Positions 6,857-14,014 of a stretch of DNA of 40,426 bases are shown one piece after another. Each line of letters starts with the position of its first letter. Position 1 is the first letter of the stretch. Made by a program: the position numbers and the translations under genes. A model generated the notes under the pieces. That model was not told where the DNA came from. It made no database searches and saw only the letters and a program-made list of their open reading frames with translations. Source of the DNA: an uncultured Candidatus Saccharibacteria bacterium (GTDB lineage Bacteria > Patescibacteriota > Minisyncoccia > UBA6257); assembly GCA_964428155.1 (NCBI GenBank), contig CAYRXA010000005.1, positions 1 through 40,426 of the forward strand. The letters are read 5' to 3'.

Positions 6857-7033
6857 TTAATGATTAACTTTTTCATTTTGTAATTGATAACCACATCTCC
6901 AACAAATATCATCAACCCAAAAACTTCCATCCTCTTTTTCAATTACTCTAATATTAAAACATTCAACTTTACAATTCGGGCAAATTAAAACCATTGATGA
7001 TTCTTTTTTTACTTTTCTTTCTTTTTCTTCCAT
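6857..7033 (-). CDS. Small zinc-ribbon protein (58 aa), unknown function
   Basis: Below the ORF-track size cutoff. My translation: MEEKERKVKKESSMVLICPNCKVECFNIRVIEKEDGSFWVDDICWRCGYQLQNEKVNH. It has CPNC...CWRC pairs and a strong SD (AAAAGGAGG, 6 nt before the ATG). Confidence 0.65.
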   Translation of the reverse strand: MEEKERKVKKESSMVLICPNCKVECFNIRVIEKEDGSFWVDDICWRCGYQLQNEKVNH

Positions 7034-7154
7034 TTTTTCCTCCTTTTCTATAATGATTAAAGGCGTAAAGAATATTAAGCTTATTAAAAAACAAGCTTTT
7101 AAATTATTTTAATTTCCACCTCCTTTTAAAAATTTTCAAGAGTGCTAATTAGTT

Positions 7155-7180
7155 ATAAAAAAATAACCTTTTAAGGCTAT
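7155..7180 (-). terminator. Probable intrinsic terminator after the DUF2177-like gene
   Basis: Minus strand TAGCCT TAAA AGGTTA (one G-U pair) followed by TTTTTTT. Confidence 0.45.
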
Positions 7181-7247
7181 TTTTTAATAATCTGTATGAT
7201 AACAAATTATATACTAAGAGTCAATTTATAATTATTACTTGATTTGA

Positions 7248-7646
7248 TTAGTAAAATAAATTTATTAAAAAGTAAGCAATAACACTAGTAGCCCCAGTAA
7301 CAATAATCCCCCAACCAATATCAATAACCGTTACTAAAGTTGGCCAACCAGCAATAGTCGCCTGATTAGTCAAATCATAAGCACCATAAGCAAGAAGTCC
7401 AATTAAAGCTCCTTTCCATAATGCTTCAAGCCAAGACCCAGAAGAAAGAGCAGGTAAAACAGCTAAAATCATCACTCCAAAAGCATAAACAGGATAAAAT
7501 ACTAATACTGGAATAAAATTAATACTTTTACTGAATAAAAACCCCATTTGCTTAGCATAAAATCCTTTAGCAACTAAACCAAGCCAAATAGCATCAAGAA
7601 AGATAAATGTTATTAATGTTGAGATATATGAAATTATTATTTTCAT
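7248..7646 (-). CDS. Four-TM membrane protein, DUF2177-like
   Basis: 132 aa. The N-terminus ..FIFLDAIWLGLVAKGFYAKQMG.. resembles what I recall of the DUF2177 family. Not verified by search. Confidence 0.5.
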   Translation of the reverse strand: MKIIISYISTLITFIFLDAIWLGLVAKGFYAKQMGFLFSKSINFIPVLVFYPVYAFGVMILAVLPALSSGSWLEALWKGALIGLLAYGAYDLTNQATIAGWPTLVTVIDIGWGIIVTGATSVIAYFLINLFY

Positions 7647-7652
7647 ATTATT

Positions 7653-7937
7653 TTAAAAATTAGTTTTTTTTATTATTTTATTCCTATGAATCAATCCCCC
7701 AACAAAGAAACCTATTAATAAAAATAAAATAATATTAATTAATGCTAAATCAGAACAAGACAATCCTTGAATTGGCTTCCAAATACAATCAAATTCCCTT
7801 GAGCCCTCAATAAGAAACATCCTATTCATTTTTATTTGAAGAGCAAAAATAAAACCAATAAATAAACCAAAGTAACTCCCCCAAAGCTTAAAAATAATTA
7901 AATAGTTATTTTTATTTTCTTTAACTTTAAATTGCAT
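7653..7937 (-). CDS. Hypothetical two-TM membrane protein with a Cys-containing loop
   Basis: 94 aa, two hydrophobic segments and three Cys in the connecting loop. I recognise no family. Confidence 0.35.
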   Translation of the reverse strand: MQFKVKENKNNYLIIFKLWGSYFGLFIGFIFALQIKMNRMFLIEGSREFDCIWKPIQGLSCSDLALINIILFLLIGFFVGGLIHRNKIIKKTNF

Positions 7938-8003
7938 AATGGATATTTATTATTAATACACCACGAATAATTCTATATCTAAGTATATAATAAATTTTCT
8001 AAT

Positions 8004-8255
8004 TTAAATAAATCTATTTTTCTTTCTTATTAAAAGAGTTTTAACAGCAATTATAACCCATACTATATTTAAAACCATTATTGGCCAAGCTTGCTGAATA
8101 AAAGTATTGTAAATAAGACAGATGGCACCGATAAAATTTAATGATTGATAAAGATTAGATTCACCTGTCGCCTTCTTTGTTGAAACAAGATAATAAGCCA
8201 ATAAAATCATTATCATTCCTATCCAACCAGCAATTGTAGGTAGAATATTTTCCAT
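8004..8255 (-). CDS. Small three-TM membrane protein
   Basis: 83 aa with three TMs. It lies 3 nt downstream of the preceding gene, so is probably co-transcribed. It vaguely resembles CBU_0592-type small membrane proteins; that is memory only. Confidence 0.4.
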   Translation of the reverse strand: MENILPTIAGWIGMIMILLAYYLVSTKKATGESNLYQSLNFIGAICLIYNTFIQQAWPIMVLNIVWVIIAVKTLLIRKKNRFI

Positions 8256-8258
8256 TTT

Positions 8259-8477
8259 TTATTCTTTTTTTTCAGCAACTTTAGCTACCCAAATTGTAAT
8301 CAATACTGCTATTATGGTAACAATAACTGCATAAATAATCATTGGGATTATTCCTTCTGATGTTCCAAAATATTCTTGAAAAATTGCTTGAATAGCACTA
8401 TTCCAAGCAAGGGCAGCAACGAGCCCAAAAGCAGCTATTACTAAAGAAGCTATTTTTTCTATAATCTCTTTTTTCAT
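8259..8477 (-). CDS. Small two-TM membrane protein
   Basis: 72 aa. The segment ..AAFGLVAALAWNSAIQAIF.. is reminiscent of a small conserved DUF family seen in archaea and CPR. Not verified. Confidence 0.4.
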   Translation of the reverse strand: MKKEIIEKIASLVIAAFGLVAALAWNSAIQAIFQEYFGTSEGIIPMIIYAVIVTIIAVLITIWVAKVAEKKE

Positions 8478-8508
8478 TTTTTTAATTTATTATCTACGAC
8501 CTTTTTTT

Positions 8509-8517
8509 ATTTTACCA
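8509..8517 (-). promoter_or_regulatory. Extended -10 element TGGTAAAAT
   Basis: Minus strand TGTGGTAAAAT, about 30 nt upstream of the ATG at 8477. Confidence 0.4.
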
Positions 8518-8662
8518 CAAAAAAGCTTTAAAGATAACTATAACAAGCATTAAAACTTCAATTATCTAAATTATTAATGATACTGTTTTTTAAACGAATT
8601 TTTTATTACTTTAGCTGAAACATTTTATATTAAAATGATTTTGTTAAAAATATTAAAAAAAT

Positions 8663-8995
8663 TTATTCTTGAAAACATTGACAAGGTTTATCTTTTAAAA
8701 TCTGCTTTTGTTCTTCTTTTGTATTAATAAACTCATCTTGCTTTGGCTTTCCTAAAGCATATTTTTTATCAAGTAATGATGCATGATTATACCCTCTTCT
8801 TTTAATTTCTTTAACTAATTCTTCGTGCCTATAAAATAAAGCTTTATTTTTACCTATCCAGCGCTTTGTTTCTGGATGGTTTCTATACCCTTTTTTATTA
8901 TTAATTAAAATACTCCAAATAGCATGGAGTTCTCGATGCTCACCAAATAAATGCTTATTGCATAATTCCTCTGGACTTATATCCCAAATCCTCAT
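8663..8995 (-). CDS. Pyrimidine-dimer DNA glycosylase (T4 endonuclease V / DenV-like)
   Basis: MRIWDISPEELCNKHLFGEHRELHAIWSIL...KGYRNHPETKRW matches the N-terminal signature of the Pyr_excise / endonuclease V family. Confidence 0.75.
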   Translation of the reverse strand: MRIWDISPEELCNKHLFGEHRELHAIWSILINNKKGYRNHPETKRWIGKNKALFYRHEELVKEIKRRGYNHASLLDKKYALGKPKQDEFINTKEEQKQILKDKPCQCFQE

Positions 8996-9002
8996 ATTTT
9001 CA

Positions 9003-9011
9003 ATTATACCA
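9003..9011 (-). promoter_or_regulatory. Extended -10 element TGGTATAAT; geometry implies a leaderless denV-like mRNA
   Basis: Minus strand TTATGGTATAAT TGAAAAT ATG. Only 7 nt separate the -10 hexamer from the start codon, and there is no SD. Confidence 0.5.
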
Positions 9012-9271
9012 TAAAAAATCTGACAAATATTCAGGAAACAATTAATTAATATAAAAAAATTATAAAACTATTTCATCAAAAAAGAATTATCTGAAACATT
9101 AATCTAGAATAAAATTAAACAAAAAAACAACCTACTAAGAGCCTTAATGATAAAGAATTATTATATTCAAGCTATTAATCTCTCTTTATAATTTAATAAT
9201 CAAAATCGAAAACACATCAAGGCTTTTATTAAATTAATTAATCGTTAAATATAAATTCTAATTAACAAAAA

Positions 9272-10567
9272 TTACAAACGTTGAATTGAAATTGATCCAC
9301 GATATGAATTTGTCCCATATTGTAATTTACTACTATTAGCAGAAGTAGTGCCACAAGTAATAAAATCTCCTGAGCTTAATGTTCCTATAAAATTTGATTC
9401 TGTATACTCACCTGAAACTTCCGCATGATCATGATTCCACATTGAATCAGTTCTACTTTCAAGCGTAGTTCTACTACCGTTGAGTGCAACACCTACATAT
9501 ACACTACCTGTAGCATTTGATCGTTGGACACATCGAATTTTATATGTACCATCTTGCAAAATAGTACACCCTTTAGTATTGCTTACACAATCAATACTAT
9601 CCCCAGAATCTCCTTGATTATTCCAAATATTTATATAATCAGAACCAAACGATAATGGCCCCTCTTTGAACCCCCAATCATTATTGCTAATATTTTTTCC
9701 ATTAGCAATTACATCTCCCTCAATTTCTAATAATCCTGTATATGATGATGGGAGATCAACGGTATAGACTATATAAAGTACCCCGGGTGCACCATTTCCA
9801 CCAGCACCAGATGTATCATCTTCTTTACCTCCTCCACCAGCACCATAAGAACCTCCATGTCCACCAGATTTACCTGTTTCCCCACCAGAGCCTCCTGTTC
9901 CAGGATTATTTACAGCACCACCAGAACCATTCGATCCTGCAGTAGGTATACCAACGCCACCACCACCATTATTTTGAGTACCTGCATCTCCTTGGCCTCC
10001 TCCTCCACCACCTGCTCCACCAGAACCAGCACTACCAACACCACTATTACCAAAACCAGCATTTCCACCATTACCACTATAGCCACCAGCTCCGCCACCA
10101 CCACCGCCGCCATTATTGCTTCCAGAAGCGCCACCAGAACCACCATTACCTCCTCCATTATTCGAAGCAAATGCTGACGTACCACCAAGACCACCAGATC
10201 CTCCACTAGAACTACCATAGCCAGCTCCTCCTCCACCATAAGCTAATACTAATGTTGTTGTATTACGCACTAATGAAGTATTTCCGCCACTACTACCTGA
10301 GGAACCAGAAGTGCTTCCTCCACTACCTCCTTGTCCAACGTTAACTTGTAAAACCTCGCTAGGCGTAACAGGAATATTGTTACGATATCCTAAACCGCCG
10401 CCACCGCCACCTGCGCCAGAATAATTACTTGATCCAGCACAATAAGCAGCTCCTCCTCCACCACCAATAGCAATTACGTTTATACTAGTAACGCCATCTG
10501 GAACAACAAATGTACCTGAGGAAGTAAGTGTTTGAGATTCTTCATATTGCTGAGCTTCTGTCTCCAC
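9272..10567 (-). CDS. Glycine-rich-domain protein with a C-terminal globular (jelly-roll-like) domain; probably the 3' part of a frameshifted gene
   Basis: ..TSSGTFVVPDGVTSINVIAIGGGGG.. is followed by about 230 aa of G/S/N/A-rich sequence ending ..GAPGVLYIVYTV. This pattern fits glycine-rich-domain proteins of phage-fibre or surface-protein type. The track start is a GTG with no SD. The protein has no signal peptide of its own. Confidence 0.6.
   Translation of the reverse strand: METEAQQYEESQTLTSSGTFVVPDGVTSINVIAIGGGGGAAYCAGSSNYSGAGGGGGGLGYRNNIPVTPSEVLQVNVGQGGSGGSTSGSSGSSGGNTSLVRNTTTLVLAYGGGGAGYGSSSGGSGGLGGTSAFASNNGGGNGGSGGASGSNNGGGGGGGAGGYSGNGGNAGFGNSGVGSAGSGGAGGGGGGQGDAGTQNNGGGGVGIPTAGSNGSGGAVNNPGTGGSGGETGKSGGHGGSYGAGGGGKEDDTSGAGGNGAPGVLYIVYTVDLPSSYTGLLEIEGDVIANGKNISNNDWGFKEGPLSFGSDYINIWNNQGDSGDSIDCVSNTKGCTILQDGTYKIRCVQRSNATGSVYVGVALNGSRTTLESRTDSMWNHDHAEVSGEYTESNFIGTLSSGDFITCGTTSANSSKLQYGTNSYRGSISIQRL
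9773..10468 (-). repeat. Low-complexity GGN-codon tract (coding)
   Basis: Runs of GGT/GGA/GGC codons make this the most G+C-rich stretch in the window. They also create three spurious overlapping ORFs in other frames. Confidence 0.7.
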
Positions 10568-10581
10568 ATCTGTTGTAAATT

Positions 10582-10878
10582 TTAGAGACCCCCACTGGTT
10601 CCTTGTATCTCAAGTTTTGCTCCTGGATTTGCTGTCCCAATTCCAAGGTATTTATTAACATTATCCCAAAAAAGATTAGCATCAGCTCCTAAGTTACCAC
10701 CATCATTAAATTGAATATGTCCAGTAGAACCAGCTGGAGTTGCTCCAGTTTCAAGCTCCACATTCCCTCCTGGTGGATCTTGACTTGGTGTAGTCCAACC
10801 GAAAACATGATTACCTATGAGCAAAAGCACTAAGCTCCAAGTAAATAGGTTTAAGTAAAAATATTTGTTTTTGTTCAT
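10582..10878 (-). CDS. Signal-peptide plus fibre-like N-terminal module; probably the 5' part of the glycine-rich protein gene
   Basis: MNKNKYFYLNLFTWSLVLLLIGNHVFG looks like a signal peptide. It is followed by ..GHIQFNDGGNLGADANLFWDNVNKYLGIGTANPGAKLEIQG, a motif common at the N-termini of tail-fibre-like and large surface proteins. The ORF ends 14 nt before the next ORF, which is in a different frame. Confidence 0.55.
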   Translation of the reverse strand: MNKNKYFYLNLFTWSLVLLLIGNHVFGWTTPSQDPPGGNVELETGATPAGSTGHIQFNDGGNLGADANLFWDNVNKYLGIGTANPGAKLEIQGTSGGL

Positions 10879-10922
10879 GATTTTATATATAAATTTCCTA
10901 ATTATAAAGAAAACTAAATTAA

Positions 10923-10931
10923 ATTATAACA
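10923..10931 (-). promoter_or_regulatory. Extended -10 element TGTTATAAT
   Basis: Minus strand TTTGTTATAAT, about 45 nt upstream of the ATG at 10878. The nearby TTGACA is only 13 nt away, so it is not a functional -35. Confidence 0.4.
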
Positions 10932-10996
10932 AATTTTTAAGTGTCAAGAAAAGAAGCTTTACAAAAACAAAGGATATTTAGGGTTATTTATTTTAT

Positions 10997-11005
10997 ATTA
11001 TACCA
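10997..11005 (-). promoter_or_regulatory. Extended -10 element TGGTATAAT
   Basis: Minus strand GTTTGTGGTATAAT, about 120 nt upstream of the ATG at 10878. Confidence 0.35.
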
Positions 11006-11170
11006 CAAACCCCGAAAAAATAAATTCCAAGTCTTTTGATTGATCTAATTAACTTACATATAAAAGCAAATTGACACTCCTATCATTTAGAAACTAAAAA
11101 ATACTAGAATCTATTTGATAATTATCTTAACTTAGAAAATAAAATATGAAATCCCTTAAAGACTTCTTTG

Positions 11171-11359
11171 TTAAATAACAAACAAATCTTCCGCTTTTAT
11201 CTTGAATTCTTTGGCTATCTTCATTGCTAATCTTAAGGATGGATTATATTTACCTTGTTCTAAAAAAATAATTGTTTCTCTTTTAATGTTAACACGACGA
11301 GCTAATTCTTCTTGAGTTATACCAATTTTTTGTCTTAATTCTTTTATTTTATTCTGCAT
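11171..11359 (-). CDS. XRE-family helix-turn-helix transcriptional regulator
   Basis: 62 aa: ..[45 protein letters not shown].. This is a classic Cro/C1 HTH. Confidence 0.88.
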   Translation of the reverse strand: MQNKIKELRQKIGITQEELARRVNIKRETIIFLEQGKYNPSLRLAMKIAKEFKIKAEDLFVI

Positions 11360-11360
11360 T

Positions 11361-11699
11361 TTATTTTTTTTGACTTAAATATCTGAATATAACAACATTT
11401 AAAATAAACAAAAAACAAATACTAAAAGCTAAATACTGACTTAAGATATAAATAAAATCTTCTTTTCCTCCTGATAAAGCCATTAAAATAAAGATTCAAA
11501 AAACTCCAATCAAACCATAAATAGTAATAGTGTGTCGTGCAGCATTCCCTGATAATTTATAATCCCTCTCATCTGCCATCACTTCTATTATTTTTAACTG
11601 CTTACGAAGATAGTACATTGCGGTCATGCCAATTATTACAAGGGCGATGGGTAAATAATAGTTTTCTAATGTTATGGAAAGGCTAATAGATATTCCCAA
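11361..11699 (-). pseudogene. Membrane-protein gene (DUF2178-like partner of the XRE regulator) interrupted by an in-frame TGA
   Basis: The track ORF (TTG start at 11699, 67 aa, contains ..ADERDYK..) stops at a TGA at 11498-11496, inside a hydrophobic helix. The same frame stays open for 44 more codons ([44 protein letters not shown]). It ends at a TAA at 11363-11361, 1 nt before the XRE ATG. Confidence 0.5.
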
Positions 11700-11890
11700 A
11701 AATTACAATTGCTATAATTCTATAAATTTTATATTATTTGAAAGTCATATTTTTTATTGTTAATTATTTCTGACTATTAATATGTTGTATTATCCTAACA
11801 TCATTCTCAAGAATAATAATAAAAAAGCTACCTCTTCAAAGATAGTTCTATTTTTATTTAGTTTCTCAAACTAAAAAAAAGTTTTATTTA

Positions 11891-11965
11891 TGGCTCCGCG
11901 GGTAGGACTCGAACCTACAACCATCACGTTAACAGCGTGCCGCTCTACCATTGAGCTACCGCGGA
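11891..11965 (-). tRNA. tRNA-Asn(GUU), CCA encoded
   Basis: TCCGCGG TA GCTC AATGGTA GAGC G GCACG CTGTTAA CGTGA TGGTT GTAGG TTCGAGT CCTAC CCGCGGA G CCA. The cloverleaf is good, with one G-A at 27:43. Confidence 0.9.
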
Positions 11966-11973
11966 ATACATTG

Positions 11974-12002
11974 ATTATACTATTATTTAATTAATTTATC
12001 AA
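11974..12002 (-). promoter_or_regulatory. Sigma70-type promoter of tRNA-Asn
   Basis: Minus strand: TTGATA (12002-11997), a 17-nt spacer, then TATAAT (11979-11974). The tRNA 5' end lies 8 nt downstream. Confidence 0.6.
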
Positions 12003-12023
12003 ATATTTAATAAAAAAAGATTT

Positions 12024-13430
12024 TTAAAAATATGTACTTAAAATCATTATGGAAAAATACAAATAAAGTAAAAACGCAGAAAACATAAAAAAATTAGTAA
12101 TTAAGCCTGGGCGTAGAGGCTTTGGTAATTTAAAATTATTAAAATATATTAAAATCGGCACATAAATAGTCATCACAAAACCACCAAGGACTGAAGTAGT
12201 GATAATAAAAACAAAGGGCTCTTCAAAAGGAAGTAAAATTGCACTAATTATCACAAATCCAATAATCAATCCATAATAAAGGTGATGGATGGAAATATTT
12301 TTAATTTTCTTAAAATATTTTTGAGGGGGGTTTGTTTTAAAACGAGTATATAAAATATCACTGACAATTCGAGCTGCAACATCCAAAATCGTCCACATTG
12401 TAGAAAAAAGCATTAAAAAGGCCATGAAGAGAAATAGTTTTGATCCAAAAACACCCCAAGTTTCTTCAAAAATCATTGCTTGAAGAGTAGCTAATTGTAA
12501 TCCTTCTGGCACTAATCCTCTTGGTGACAGAACAACATAAGCATTAGCACTTAGAAGAATTAATGTTACCAGCCCAAGAAACCAAAAAATAATTCCCTGA
12601 TCTATAAAAACATACTTCATCCATTTACGCCATTTTTTTAAATTTTCAGCAGTATTTTCAAAAGCATATCCTTTATAATCCACTGCTTCAGTTTTACCAG
12701 TAACAGGATTGGTAATATGCCCAGCATATTTTGCCATTCCTAAACCTTTATCTCTGTACCACAAAGAAATACAAAGATTTAATAAACCACCAGCACCAGC
12801 AAAAACAATTGCTCCTAAAAGAACTTCCATATCAATATTAACTGGTATCCAGCCAAAATTTATTAATCCTAAAAATATTTCTTTAAAATGATAAATTTTT
12901 AAATTTAAAAAGCTAAAGAAAAGAAGCAAAACAAAAAATACAGGAACAATTATTTTTAATGCTGTTTCTAGCACTTTATATGCCCTCTTCCCAATAAAAG
13001 TGATAATTAAAACACTAAATAAAGAAATCCACGCCCAAATTAAATAATTACCAAAACCAAAAAGCTCAGCTAAAACAGTACCTAAAGTACCAGCCCAGGC
13101 AGGCCAAATATAAAGAATAATTGTTGATAATAACCAAAAAAATGGTAGCCAACTCCATATTCTTCCTGTAGAAGCAAAAATACTTTCACCTGTAGCTAAC
13201 GTGTGACGTGCCACTTCTTGATTAATAAAATATTGTAAAGTAATACCTACTAAAGCTAACCAAAACAACCCTAAGCCAACCTTTGTAATTAAATGAGGCC
13301 ATAAAATTAATTCACCAGTTCCAATTGCTAGCCCCATTACAATAACTCCTACTCCTAAAGCCCTTCTTAACAAAGGGGGCTGAGGTAAATCACGTTTTTC
13401 ATAAGATGAATAAAAATCTTTACCTTTCAT
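12024..13430 (-). CDS. Nramp/MntH-superfamily (APC-fold) transporter, about 11-12 TMs
   Basis: 468 aa and polytopic. The N-terminal region ..GLAIGTGELILWPHL...LQYFINQEVARHTLATGES.. resembles the divergent Nramp-family branch. Substrate is unknown. Confidence 0.5.
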   Translation of the reverse strand: MKGKDFYSSYEKRDLPQPPLLRRALGVGVIVMGLAIGTGELILWPHLITKVGLGLFWLALVGITLQYFINQEVARHTLATGESIFASTGRIWSWLPFFWLLSTIILYIWPAWAGTLGTVLAELFGFGNYLIWAWISLFSVLIITFIGKRAYKVLETALKIIVPVFFVLLLFFSFLNLKIYHFKEIFLGLINFGWIPVNIDMEVLLGAIVFAGAGGLLNLCISLWYRDKGLGMAKYAGHITNPVTGKTEAVDYKGYAFENTAENLKKWRKWMKYVFIDQGIIFWFLGLVTLILLSANAYVVLSPRGLVPEGLQLATLQAMIFEETWGVFGSKLFLFMAFLMLFSTMWTILDVAARIVSDILYTRFKTNPPQKYFKKIKNISIHHLYYGLIIGFVIISAILLPFEEPFVFIITTSVLGGFVMTIYVPILIYFNNFKLPKPLRPGLITNFFMFSAFLLYLYFSIMILSTYF

Positions 13431-14002
13431 TATTTATAATCAAATAAATTATTAGTATTGGCAGCTTTTGGACCTTGTGATTTTGAATAAAGAGATTTTT
13501 TCCTCTTGCTATAAGGAACTTCTGCTGGGGAAGACAAATACTGTACTGCTATCTGACAAATATGCATACCTACATATAAAGCAACTGGTAAATTAGATTG
13601 ATTACTAATTTCTAAAGTTAAAGTACCTTCAAATCCAGGATCTACAAATCCGGCAGTATGAACTAAAATCCCCATTCTCGCTAAAGTACTTTTCCCCTCA
13701 ACTTTTAAAACTAAATCATCAGGTACCTTAACATATTCTTTAGTACTTGCTAAAACAAAATCATTTGGATGAAGAATAAAAGGCTCATTAATTTTTATCT
13801 TTCTAGTAATAACAAAATCTTTGTCAGGTAATTCCTTTTTAGTATCTAAAAGTGATTGCTTGGAAATATTAAATTTCTTAAAAATTGGCCCTAACTTCAA
13901 GTCAATTGAAGCTGGACCTATCTGACCTTTATTTAAACTAGGCTTAAAAACAAGCTTTTTACTTTTAATAATTTTTTTTATATCACGATCAGATAATATC
14001 AT
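13430..14002 (-). CDS. dcd: dCTP deaminase
   Basis: Starts MILSDRDIKK, followed by ...ASIDLKLG.., ..GKSTLARMGI.VH.TAGFVDPGF.G..TLE. Its stop overlaps the ATG of the next gene. Confidence 0.9.
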   Translation of the reverse strand: MILSDRDIKKIIKSKKLVFKPSLNKGQIGPASIDLKLGPIFKKFNISKQSLLDTKKELPDKDFVITRKIKINEPFILHPNDFVLASTKEYVKVPDDLVLKVEGKSTLARMGILVHTAGFVDPGFEGTLTLEISNQSNLPVALYVGMHICQIAVQYLSSPAEVPYSKRKKSLYSKSQGPKAANTNNLFDYK

Positions 14003-14014
14003 GTTTTTTAAATT

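Noticed and set aside
7100-7130. Second AAAAGGAGG Shine-Dalgarno-like element, possibly driving a mini-ORF or leader peptide.
   Set aside because: No ATG, GTG or TTG lies at a workable distance. The GTG abuts the SD, and the only candidate is ATT followed by 3 codons and a stop. That is too weak to call.
9742-10239. Three ORFs (9742-9945 +, 9857-10177 +, 9910-10239 -) overlapping the glycine-rich gene.
   Set aside because: Their products are low-complexity (H/Q/L-, T/S/I- and V/L/E-rich). They arise automatically from alternative frames of the GGN-codon tract, and none has a start context.
10923-10947. An apparently perfect TTGACA ... TATAAT promoter upstream of the surface-protein gene.
   Set aside because: The spacer is only 13 nt, too short for sigma70 -35/-10 cooperation. 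I retained only the TG-extended -10 (TGTTATAAT) as a candidate.
11496-11498. Alternative genetic code (TGA as Gly or Trp, as in some CPR lineages or Mollicutes) to explain the in-frame TGA.
   Set aside because: TGA ends GreA (24917) at its expected C-terminus. It also forms classic ATGA stop/start overlaps at 27781-27784 and 38912-38915, and terminates dnaX and the ftsQ-like gene. Most other stops are TAA. The standard code 11 fits the window.
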